A stretch of DNA of 36,162 nucleotides from a virus (lineage: Duplodnaviria > Caudoviricetes). Location of the stretch: IMG/VR virus record IMGVR_UViG_3300020045_008052, positions 1-36,162 of that record; one strand, written 5' to 3'. This document shows, in pieces, positions 25,765 through 34,491 of the stretch. Made by a program: the position numbers and the translations under genes. The stretch's first letter is position 1; every line of letters starts with the position of its first letter. The notes beneath the pieces were generated by a model that saw only the letters and a program-made list of their open reading frames with translations, was not told where the DNA came from and made no database searches.

Positions 25765-26328
25765 AAAAACGCTATATCTTTGGATTCTGGCAACTATTCG
25801 GGATCTTCGAATAGTTCCTTCCCTGGTGAAGTCAGAGATTGAGGAGCCCCCTACCCCCAAACAGGGATAGGTATAGCTATCCCTGCATGAGGGTAGGAGC
25901 ATCCTTCCCCGGAGCCAGTCCGTCGAAAGTATCGCCCCCTGGTGCCGGTCCTCAACAAGGTTGGCGGCACCAGTCGCAGCGCCCCTTATGGAGCGTTTGA
26001 TTGAGCCCTCCCGCGGATCATCGGCTACGGTCTCCCCGCGTCTCCTGGGCTGCAACTACCCCCCAGTACACCGGACACCCGGAAAAAGCGGCCCTGGGAA
26101 CGGCCCCGGAAATAGCTTAGCCGTCCCATGGTAGGAAACATGGGATAAGGTTTCCGGCCCTAGTAGGCGATTTTAGACTGGGTTTCCACAAGGGAGCCCA
26201 GACCGATTCCTTTTGCCTTTTCCCCAACTGGAAGCCTGGTTAAGGCATCGGCCAACCACTTGGTCTGGTTGGATGGCTGTCCCCGTCCATCTGGTGATCA
26301 AGCCAGACTTCGACCGGGTAAGGCCGAC
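25765..26328 (-). ncRNA. Putative large structured non-coding RNA or origin transcript (about 560 nt)
   Basis: Many nested stems, no convincing ORF, upstream promoter; strand assignment tentative. Confidence 0.55.
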
Positions 26329-26333
26329 ATTGC

Positions 26334-26362
26334 ATTTTATCCCTATTTTGGCGAATAGTCTA
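26334..26362 (-). promoter_or_regulatory. Promoter TAGACT-17-TAAAAT
   Basis: Exact spacer; predicted +1 coincides with the first stem of the structured region. Confidence 0.55.
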
Positions 26363-26463
26363 GTAAAATTTTAGGCAAATAATTGGGTTAGTGGGTAGAC
26401 TAACTCGCTATACCATTCAAACTTATAGCAATATGGACTGAACGATTTTGGAATGAATCCGTC

Positions 26464-26519
26464 TCATGCAAAGGAAATACGGGTTTTTTATATATGAGCC
26501 GGTCATCATGCAAAGGAAA
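26464..26519. repeat. 14-bp direct repeat TCATGCAAAGGAAA, two copies
   Basis: 26464-26477 and 26506-26519, 42 bp apart, with an AT-rich core between. Confidence 0.85.
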
Positions 26520-26744
26520 AGCCGATTTGTTGAGGGTAAAAATCGGCCAATTACGGGATCATCTTCCCGACTCCAGGAAAGGGATAGGTGCCCATAGGGT
26601 ACTGCCATTACTGCCGATAGAATCCCTATATTCGCAAAACGCACTAAATCTTCGAATTAGGTATACCATATTCTCGGTATCGATAAAATGGTCAGTTATT
26701 CGGAAATTCCGAAGGACTAAATTTAGCTTTGGGACTAAACCGGG

Positions 26745-26927
26745 CTAATGGCCAGGCCCGAAGATCCAGATAAACAAAACCCCCACGCATCCCGACATAC
26801 ACGCTAGACCGGCCCAGGACCAGGCGTAGAAGGCTCCGGGGGAGAACCTATAGTCTCGCCAACCCTTAAAGGCAATAACCTCTAGGAGCATACCCAAAAG
26901 CCCAAGGGCGAAGGATAAGAACAACAT
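26745..26927 (-). CDS. 60-aa two-TM membrane protein
   Basis: Two hydrophobic segments; has its own promoter. Confidence 0.65.
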   Translation of the reverse strand: MLFLSFALGLLGMLLEVIAFKGWRDYRFSPGAFYAWSWAGLACMSGCVGVLFIWIFGPGH

Positions 26928-26934
26928 GGTTGAG

Positions 26935-26963
26935 ATTATATCGGTTTAGGTCTAAAAAGGCAA
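26935..26963 (-). promoter_or_regulatory. Promoter TTGCCT-17-TATAAT
   Basis: Perfect -10; ATG 8 nt downstream. Confidence 0.75.
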
Positions 26964-27088
26964 GGGGAAAAGGGCGGCGGCCTCAAAGTGTCCAAAACCC
27001 ATCCGCCACCCTTATCAAGCCTCAAAGCCCGACCCGGGGGAATGTAGTAAATTCAATTGACCGGATTCCCCCGGGCGAAAGGTACGAA

Positions 27089-27595
27089 ATGAAACTGATA
27101 ACCCTCCTGCTTGCCTGTCTTTTGTCCAGCTGCATCACCACCCCCAACAAACCCGATCCAATAATCCCAGCTGGCATGACCCGATTCGATGGAACCTATA
27201 AGTCGAGCTCCGCCCTACTCAAAATCAAACACCCGGATTGGTCGGTAACCTTTTTTACGGAGACCCCGGAGCTTTTCATTTCGGGCGCCATCTCCCTAAG
27301 CCGGCCAGATTCGTCTATCGATATTATCAAGGGGGGGCCAAATGGTGAAAGGGTTTGCCGCTATCAATCAATTCTGGAAATGACGGCTACCACCTTCCAC
27401 AAGGTCCTGGCAAATGGGGAGATCATGAAAGCAGATACGGCGGATTTAGTTCAGAAAGGATTTTCTAGGTCCCGGAATTATCTATCCAGCTTGATTTATT
27501 TGGATAGCCTAAAGATAGACGGTGTAATCAGACCCGATGAAGAATTGGGTGCACCGATAAATTGGATTACCGGCTCGTTCAATCTAGTCCCCTAG
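27089..27595 (+). CDS. Lipoprotein (moron-like)
   Basis: AAAGG RBS; MKLITLLLACLLSSC lipobox; lone plus-strand gene converging on the tail operon. Confidence 0.75.
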   Translation: MKLITLLLACLLSSCITTPNKPDPIIPAGMTRFDGTYKSSSALLKIKHPDWSVTFFTETPELFISGAISLSRPDSSIDIIKGGPNGERVCRYQSILEMTATTFHKVLANGEIMKADTADLVQKGFSRSRNYLSSLIYLDSLKIDGVIRPDEELGAPINWITGSFNLVP

Positions 27596-28026
27596 GCTGG
27601 ATCTTTCTCATCTGGATCGAGTTCAACCCCATCGTCGGACTCGGCAAACTCCCGGATCTCCTTCTTCTGGATTTCCTTTTCTAGCCAGTTGGAGAACCGG
27701 CATAGCTTTGCAAAGTTGAACGCCTGGGCCTTCTCCGCATCACTGATTTCCATTTCCCGCAATAGCTTTATCAATCCTTCCGCAAGAGCCGTCTGCTCGG
27801 TAGGATTGATCTCGATACTACGCTTATCAGTATTTAAGACATTCTGCCGGAATGATTCTTCTTCCTTGGTAAGCCCTTGATTCTCCAACTCCGGCCAGGT
27901 GGTAGTGATTTTCTTCCTAACCCGCTCACGCGCGCGAAATTGGGTTTCATCACCCTTTAGCTTATTGGTCAATATCCACAAGTTAAGTGCGGTGATACCA
28001 TTGGATAGGAAGGTAATCGATGCCAT
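27592..28026 (-). CDS. Hypothetical protein
   Basis: AAGGA RBS; last gene of the late operon. Confidence 0.7.
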   Translation of the reverse strand: MASITFLSNGITALNLWILTNKLKGDETQFRARERVRKKITTTWPELENQGLTKEEESFRQNVLNTDKRSIEINPTEQTALAEGLIKLLREMEISDAEKAQAFNFAKLCRFSNWLEKEIQKKEIREFAESDDGVELDPDEKDPA

Positions 28027-28035
28027 GTTGTTCCT

Positions 28036-28248
28036 TTACTTTTCGAGGTCAGCTTTCAATGCGCCCTCTGTTTCGGTAATGAATTGGAGTCCCAATTCAG
28101 TAATCGGCAATTTAACCACATTGCCTTGCTCCGTAAAGATTTCCAGGTAATCGGAACGGGGATAGATTTTAAGGATAGATACGCTTGTCTGCTGTATCCC
28201 AGGTTTCAATTCAATTGTTTTAGATAGTTCAACTTCACGCTGCGCCAT
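28036..28248 (-). CDS. Small hypothetical protein after the tail fibre
   Basis: AAGGAG RBS before MAQREVEL. Confidence 0.7.
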   Translation of the reverse strand: MAQREVELSKTIELKPGIQQTSVSILKIYPRSDYLEIFTEQGNVVKLPITELGLQFITETEGALKADLEK

Positions 28249-28258
28249 AATTTCTCCT

Positions 28259-30367
28259 TTATGTCCATGTAATAGTGCGGCTTGTCCCGCCATCCCTGAA
28301 TTTAAGATTGGTCCCGTCATACCATAGATCACCGGAAACGGGAGATGACGGAGCGGTTCCGGACGGAAGGTTTATCCCTGCGCGACTTGTGCTCGATGCG
28401 GCCGTTTGCAATAATTGGGCAATAGTTACAGTCCCATCAGCTGCGATAGTTAAACGAGTGGTATCACTGGTCGCAAGCAGCAAGCTTCGATAGGTACCGG
28501 CACTACTTTTAGTAACCCCAATAAGCGCGTGGCTTGCACCATTATGGTACATCTGGATGTATTCGGTATTGGTATCCCCTGGAACACCAACACCATAGGA
28601 TCGATACTGTCCCGATGAAGCTCCCGTAACAGCTATAAGTAAGCTAGCTACGTTGACTGCATACCCAGCAGTATCCGAGGCTCCAGCTACATTAATCCTA
28701 AGACCAACAGCCAGTGTACTAACTGTATCAATTGCCCCGCTGGCTGAAATAGTCGCATTAGTCCCATTTACGAAAAGGCCACTATCGGTCGCAATTTCTC
28801 CAGCTGTATCTAGATCCCCAGATGAAGCCGCAACGGTTAAGGTATTCGAGCCGACTGCAAAATCACCTGTCGATGTCAATGATCCTGAGAATGTCGATGC
28901 CCCGGCTTGCGTAATAGTCAATCGGGCAGTATCAGTTCCCGTAGCCAGGATAATAGTACCGCTCGCATGGTCACCGGCAGCAATCCTTATCTTTCCTGTC
29001 GAGGCGTGTTCGTTTCCAAAAACGCTTACATATCCTCCGCGGCCTACATCGGCCGAATCCCCGCCGCAAAGGTGAATAGACTTAGTATCAGATCCATTGG
29101 TGGTATTTGCTCGGATAAGCTGCGCGGTCGTCGTGTAGATAAAATCACTGGTAAGGGTAAGGCCGCCTGCGACTGATATACTAGAAGCGAAAGTGGCGGC
29201 TTGGGCTTCCGTAATTGTAAGGGCTAAGGTCTGTGAGCCATTCGCAGCATTAGTATAGAACCGGATTTCACTCGGAGGTCTTTCCCCGCTAGAGAAAGAA
29301 CCGGAGCCAACCATGAACGTGATGTATGCCGTATCGGCATAATTCCCGGCAGAGGCTATATGGCATCCCTGACCCAAAATCTTACCCATCATGTCGCCAG
29401 CTTGGACAAGAGTTGGCGAAGCGTGAGTACCGCGAGCTTTCCTAAGAAGGATTCCCGGCCCTGTATCTCCTGTTGAAGCTCTGGAGTTAATAATATTACA
29501 GGTATCATCCCTGGTTAAATGAAGGATTGATTCCGGAGTACTGGAATTAGCGCCAACTCCCACGAAGTCGTTTGTGGCATCCCAATACAGGTTGTCTTGG
29601 ATAATAAGACCAGAAGTCGAAATAACCGGGATACGACCAGAAGATAGATTGGAAAGGGTAAGCGCCCCAGTAACCGCCAAAGTCCCCACAAGACTTGTTC
29701 CTGCAGCAGCAAAAGTGGCGACCAGGGCCCCATTAACGCCTATCTGAACAGGAAGGTTCGTAGCCGTCACAAGCTGCAAAGCCCCTGCCGTACCGCTTGT
29801 CATAAAATCCGTGCCGCTCGTACCCGCCTTGGAAATAGTGGCTTTCACCCCATTCGCGTACATCTCGATAAAGCATGGATTGCTGGCAGTGGTGGAAGTC
29901 ATCTCTGCCCTTGCCTGGGCCAGCGACATTGTAAGGCTGCCAGACATAGAGATAGCTGCTGTCGTGGTTGTGCCAGTAACCGTCAGGGTGGTCCCGATGA
30001 CCCCTGCCCCGGAGATATTGAAATTAGAGCTTGCCTGCTGTGAGGTCTGATTGAAGATGTAATTGGTATTCGCATTCGCAAGTCCGCCGAGCATTGCCTG
30101 GACGGTTGCTGCTGCTCCGGAACTCCCACCCGTAGGCGTAACCCCGGTTATCCCAATCGTTCCAATAAGTGCCGAACCGAGTAGAGAGGTTTGGGCTAAA
30201 AGCGAAGAGGCGTCCCAATAATAACGGACGGTAACCCCATCCGATTCCATTACTGCTATACGTTTGGTATCTGCAGCATAACCCCACTGCTTGGCAATAA
30301 GCGCAGCCGCAAGCGTGGTTTCAACAGTTTCATATTTCCGTTTGATTTTCCAAAGTTCAGTAGCCAT
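28259..30367 (-). CDS. Tail fibre / receptor-binding protein
   Basis: 702 aa Gly/Thr/Ser/Ala-rich, repeated RLTI/ALTI segments, C-terminal APSSPVSGDLWYDG. Confidence 0.8.
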   Translation of the reverse strand: MATELWKIKRKYETVETTLAAALIAKQWGYAADTKRIAVMESDGVTVRYYWDASSLLAQTSLLGSALIGTIGITGVTPTGGSSGAAATVQAMLGGLANANTNYIFNQTSQQASSNFNISGAGVIGTTLTVTGTTTTAAISMSGSLTMSLAQARAEMTSTTASNPCFIEMYANGVKATISKAGTSGTDFMTSGTAGALQLVTATNLPVQIGVNGALVATFAAAGTSLVGTLAVTGALTLSNLSSGRIPVISTSGLIIQDNLYWDATNDFVGVGANSSTPESILHLTRDDTCNIINSRASTGDTGPGILLRKARGTHASPTLVQAGDMMGKILGQGCHIASAGNYADTAYITFMVGSGSFSSGERPPSEIRFYTNAANGSQTLALTITEAQAATFASSISVAGGLTLTSDFIYTTTAQLIRANTTNGSDTKSIHLCGGDSADVGRGGYVSVFGNEHASTGKIRIAAGDHASGTIILATGTDTARLTITQAGASTFSGSLTSTGDFAVGSNTLTVAASSGDLDTAGEIATDSGLFVNGTNATISASGAIDTVSTLAVGLRINVAGASDTAGYAVNVASLLIAVTGASSGQYRSYGVGVPGDTNTEYIQMYHNGASHALIGVTKSSAGTYRSLLLATSDTTRLTIAADGTVTIAQLLQTAASSTSRAGINLPSGTAPSSPVSGDLWYDGTNLKFRDGGTSRTITWT

Positions 30368-30369
30368 TG

Positions 30370-33300
30370 CTAGGCTCCATTCTCGTCTATAATGTTCGTC
30401 GCGCTATTCTCGTCGATTATATCCGTTGCGCCATTCTCATCTATGATATTGGGGCCTTCGGTCCATTGCTCCGGTTCCAAGGTAAGCCCGAATTTTAATT
30501 TTTCTATCCCGCCCGTTCCCCTTGGTGTCTGGGTAATTTCATGCACCCACCCCAGTAGAGCAGCGCCATTCGTCAGCTTTTGATCATTGAAGTAAACCGG
30601 ATCGCCAAGCTCCAAAGCGAGTATATCCGCAAGTAGGGCATCGTCTACGGTTTCGGAAACTTCAAAGGTAATCTGCTTCTTTTGCCAGGCCGTCCAATCG
30701 ACCAGGTTCCTAACATATTCAGCGGCTGAATGATGATCCCCAAAATCAATATCCGGCACTTCGTGGGCAATATCCGAGGACCAAATCAGATTCCCATCAG
30801 GATCTAAAGCGTAATTGTCAAAGAACCATTTGCAATCGCCAAGCTCTGCCGGCAGCTTGTTAACTGTTTTGGAAATCAAAAAACTATTATGGCATTGCTC
30901 CCAAAGTATTTCAGCTTCCGAATAATTGGAAATCCCTGTGACATAGGTTTTCCATTTGAGCGCAAAGCTATCGATGCTATAGAGCGTGCCAGTCGTTGAT
31001 GATGCCGCCAAGGGCATATTGGAGGTAACAAAGGAAAAGGACGTTGTATTCAAAACGCCAACAACTCCAGGGAAAATATCGAATCCATGAGTATTCCCGG
31101 AGATATAGATATAGTCCCCGGTAGAAAGGCCATGCGCTGAGCCAGTAACTACGCTAACAACATATAGGATTCCATCATCGGATCCTTCATTTGTAAGCGT
31201 GAAACTTCCGAGGCTTGTCCCTGGGGAGACTAGATCCGTTGCTGCAGGAAAGGCAGGTTTATCGATATTCGTAATAGCGATTTGCTTATTAAACCCATTC
31301 GATCCCGGATTGTAATCGTACCGGACTAGGATATCATTATAGACCCTACGCATGGGAGTAAGTATCATTTCGCCCAGTGAGCCAGCCAGGATATTCCCCT
31401 CATCGAAGGTCACGGTAGGAGTGATATTCTCCCGCCAAGCTTTGATATTGACCTTGCCTGTAGTGTCGATGAACGAGATAAGGAATCCCTGTTTGCATAG
31501 CTCGGTTATATATTCTTCTGTATCCTTCTTTTCCGTCAGTGTGCGCCCGACATACCATACGACCCGCTGGTCATTGGCGAAATCAAAGCTTGCGGTATCG
31601 ACTGGAATAGCCCTAAGCTGCTTCCATGTGACTCCAGAATCGATATAGGTTGCCCCTGCAGTATCGGTCCAGGAGGGTTCTGTAGAGGCATGGGAAGTCC
31701 CTGCGGCCGTAGCTACGAATATGTTTCCATTGTCAACCGTTGCCCGTACCCTGTCCCCGATAACGTATGCAGTGGCAGCCCGCCAAGCCTGGGTGTTCTC
31801 ATCGTAATTTCGGATCAGGTGTTCGATTGCATCCGTTATATGCAAGATTGGATCGGTGCTAGTTTTTCTTCCGTCCCAGGCCGTGCCGTAAGTCTCCCCT
31901 ACAATAGGAGCGTAAAAGGTTTCATTCGTGGCTGAAACAGTCTGCTTTACGACAAGTCCCAATTCTTCCAACTTGAGGACATATCCGCTTGGATTGGTAG
32001 ATGTAAATGATAGAGTTACCCGAATCCGATTGAATGCCAGGATAGCCTTGGATGAGGCGATTATTTCGGAAATATCCAAAGATGCCTTATCGGCATAGAA
32101 AACGGTATCATCACCCGTTTCATTGAAGTACGATCTAGGTAGTGTGCGAAGGGTAACCTCGCTAGTTCCTAGACTGCTATTCTTGAGGTCAAACCCATTG
32201 ACCAAGGTTTCGCTTGCATACCCATATAAATCATATAGCTGTGCTGTGATCTCTATCTGGATAGTCTGAGGTCCAACCGTACAATTATGGGAGAAGTTCG
32301 GGAGAATATAGACTTCATCGAATTGCTTTAAGGCTTTTGATTTCGGCAGGTAAACATCCAATACAATCGAAGATGCCCCAGCTACCGTATTCCTAGTCAG
32401 ATTGTAAAGATTGCCGGATGCTTCCAATTGGTCGAATAGCTTGGGAGCGGATAACCCAGCTGCAGGGAGATCCGAAGTAGTCCAACCCGTCTGTGAAACG
32501 ACAATTATATCTTCCGGCCTGATTCCAGAGTAAGTTGAAAAACCGGAAGTAGCGTCCGCTGAACCCGCGTTGATCGCATATCCTGGATAGCCTGTGCTGG
32601 AAATATTGCTTAGTGAATGGGTATTCTTTAGGTTTGAAACATCTTCGTAGTCTTTAGTATCAGTTCCATAGATGTAAAGCCCAGGACGACCGTTGGAGTT
32701 TTTCTTTACATCATAAATGGTTTTACTCGAAGCGACAAGGGATGGGGATAAATCGATCACCTGGAAGAACCAGGTATCCGCATCTGCATTACCTGCGGTC
32801 CATGCGTGGGTTAAAACGCTGTATCCACCGACTAGCCCTGTAGCTAGGTGAAGGGTCACGAAGTTTACCGGGTCGGTAGTCGATCCTGATGTTGCATCAT
32901 TGGTTAAAATTAAAACGCTTTGAGCCTCACCACCCGCAACAACGGAGAGGTATTTTCCTACAAGTCGGATATCGTTTGCCTGAAAATTGATTCCCTGAGT
33001 GACTAAGGTTACCGCTGTAGGACCTGAATTAATACTGGATGAAGCAGCAGTTTGGTAGGTAATCCCATTGCGAATAACCAAATCGACTAGTTTACCTGAT
33101 CCGGTTACATTGACCAAAGGAGAATAAGCCGACTTTCCTATTACAATAGGGACCATCTTATCTAGGCTGTCGTTGGGCGCGTCCTCGAAAGTTTCCTTAT
33201 TGATTGGAACTGTTGGAACGGATTTGAAAATATCCTTGGAGTTATCAATACATTTGATTGACTGAGTTAATTCATTGAATGGTTGATCGTCAATTATTCC

Positions 33301-33729
33301 GGACCATCGTAATGTAAACGTAAAGGTACCAGAGGCTGAACCTGTAGGCGAAGTCACTCGATAGTATTTAACCCTGCATCGAGACAGATAAATTCCATTG
33401 GCTGCTAGAGTATTGAAGAAGGCGGCTGTATTGACTACTGAGAATTGAAATCCTGAAACGGATTCCATGCAGCCAGCCTCTACAAAATCAGCACTTCGCG
33501 AAATGGAGAAGGATCCGAAGTCGCGGGTTAGAATTCCTTCATACCAGGTAGTGCGAGTCGTATCCCCGGTAATAGTATGCCCGTCACCGGCAACTAAATT
33601 GAATCTATCTGTGATCAGGTAGAAATGCCCATCGGAAGCCAGACCCACGGCTGTATTGGTGTATGTCGAAACAATCCCGAGTCCTGTATCGGTGATTATT
33701 TCAATAGCATCGGCAACAAAATTGGCCAT
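30370..33729 (-). CDS. Large tail tip/hub protein
   Basis: 1119 aa; inserted W.A.TAY..GD.V...EP.W...DSGVTW carbohydrate-binding-like module; LELGD.V hub-like C-terminus. Confidence 0.75.
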   Translation of the reverse strand: MANFVADAIEIITDTGLGIVSTYTNTAVGLASDGHFYLITDRFNLVAGDGHTITGDTTRTTWYEGILTRDFGSFSISRSADFVEAGCMESVSGFQFSVVNTAAFFNTLAANGIYLSRCRVKYYRVTSPTGSASGTFTFTLRWSGIIDDQPFNELTQSIKCIDNSKDIFKSVPTVPINKETFEDAPNDSLDKMVPIVIGKSAYSPLVNVTGSGKLVDLVIRNGITYQTAASSSINSGPTAVTLVTQGINFQANDIRLVGKYLSVVAGGEAQSVLILTNDATSGSTTDPVNFVTLHLATGLVGGYSVLTHAWTAGNADADTWFFQVIDLSPSLVASSKTIYDVKKNSNGRPGLYIYGTDTKDYEDVSNLKNTHSLSNISSTGYPGYAINAGSADATSGFSTYSGIRPEDIIVVSQTGWTTSDLPAAGLSAPKLFDQLEASGNLYNLTRNTVAGASSIVLDVYLPKSKALKQFDEVYILPNFSHNCTVGPQTIQIEITAQLYDLYGYASETLVNGFDLKNSSLGTSEVTLRTLPRSYFNETGDDTVFYADKASLDISEIIASSKAILAFNRIRVTLSFTSTNPSGYVLKLEELGLVVKQTVSATNETFYAPIVGETYGTAWDGRKTSTDPILHITDAIEHLIRNYDENTQAWRAATAYVIGDRVRATVDNGNIFVATAAGTSHASTEPSWTDTAGATYIDSGVTWKQLRAIPVDTASFDFANDQRVVWYVGRTLTEKKDTEEYITELCKQGFLISFIDTTGKVNIKAWRENITPTVTFDEGNILAGSLGEMILTPMRRVYNDILVRYDYNPGSNGFNKQIAITNIDKPAFPAATDLVSPGTSLGSFTLTNEGSDDGILYVVSVVTGSAHGLSTGDYIYISGNTHGFDIFPGVVGVLNTTSFSFVTSNMPLAASSTTGTLYSIDSFALKWKTYVTGISNYSEAEILWEQCHNSFLISKTVNKLPAELGDCKWFFDNYALDPDGNLIWSSDIAHEVPDIDFGDHHSAAEYVRNLVDWTAWQKKQITFEVSETVDDALLADILALELGDPVYFNDQKLTNGAALLGWVHEITQTPRGTGGIEKLKFGLTLEPEQWTEGPNIIDENGATDIIDENSATNIIDENGA

Positions 33730-34491
33730 CTATGCAGCCTCGCGAAAATCGATAGTTAGGTTCCAGCGATTTAGATTAGCCCTAGAAAAGCTGAAATCGA
33801 CAATGTTGACATTAACGGGCAAGCTCCCGCGCGATACGCTAAAGGGATTCGGAACCCCGGCCAGGGTCGGAAAAGCGAACGAGGACGCCCGGGCAGTTAC
33901 CATAATGTAAGCTAGGATAGCTTTCAGTTGCACTGTGGTCTGGGAGAACCTACCGACAAAGCGGCCGGCATCGCTTGCCCTATCGTTATAGGAGGGTGTC
34001 CGGTCATAGGCGAAGCCCTTAGCGATTTCCCGGCTGGCATCCCCTTCCCAGCCCTCTTGTATCTTTAGGGTGGCTAGGGAGGGGGTAGGGGTTAAAAGTG
34101 TCGGAGAGACGGCCCTAACAGTCATGGATATGTCCTGCAAGGATATAGACGCCCCGGCAAACTGTAAATGTTTCCGCTGCCCAAAATCGACAATTGTACT
34201 GGAAACGGTCCCGCTTTGATCCACGGTAGGGGCGAAAAAGTCCGTATTAATAGCCGTCACATTGACTAATTCCCGGCTGGTGCTATAGAAAGTGCCTTGT
34301 AGGGTATCCATTAAAGTCTCGGAGACTTGTACCAGTATGGTAGTTTCATAGACATCCTGAGCTGCCCCGCGGTCGCTTCCATGCCAAAATCCCTTAGCAT
34401 CCTGGACCCAAGTGATTGCAGGCTTGATAACTGGTATAGCCCAGGGCCGGATCTTAGTTGCGACCCCGGCGATTGTAACGCTATCCGCCAT
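33730..34491 (-). CDS. Distal tail protein candidate
   Basis: 253 aa beta-rich, directly after the tape measure. Confidence 0.6.
   Translation of the reverse strand: MADSVTIAGVATKIRPWAIPVIKPAITWVQDAKGFWHGSDRGAAQDVYETTILVQVSETLMDTLQGTFYSTSRELVNVTAINTDFFAPTVDQSGTVSSTIVDFGQRKHLQFAGASISLQDISMTVRAVSPTLLTPTPSLATLKIQEGWEGDASREIAKGFAYDRTPSYNDRASDAGRFVGRFSQTTVQLKAILAYIMVTARASSFAFPTLAGVPNPFSVSRGSLPVNVNIVDFSFSRANLNRWNLTIDFREAA

Noticed and set aside
25757-25782. Bacteroidota-type promoter TTTG...TATCTTTG on the plus strand
   Set aside because: Spacing is short and all other promoters here are TTGACA/TATAAT type; kept only as a possible antisense start
25765-25840. Group I intron, suggested by AAGATATAG on the minus strand
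   Set aside because: No matching P7 partner or P3/P4/P6 core could be built, and no interrupted gene flanks it
25762-26055. 97-aa ORF inside the structured region
   Set aside because: TTG start, low-complexity Arg/Gly composition and dense base pairing; more likely incidental, though not excluded
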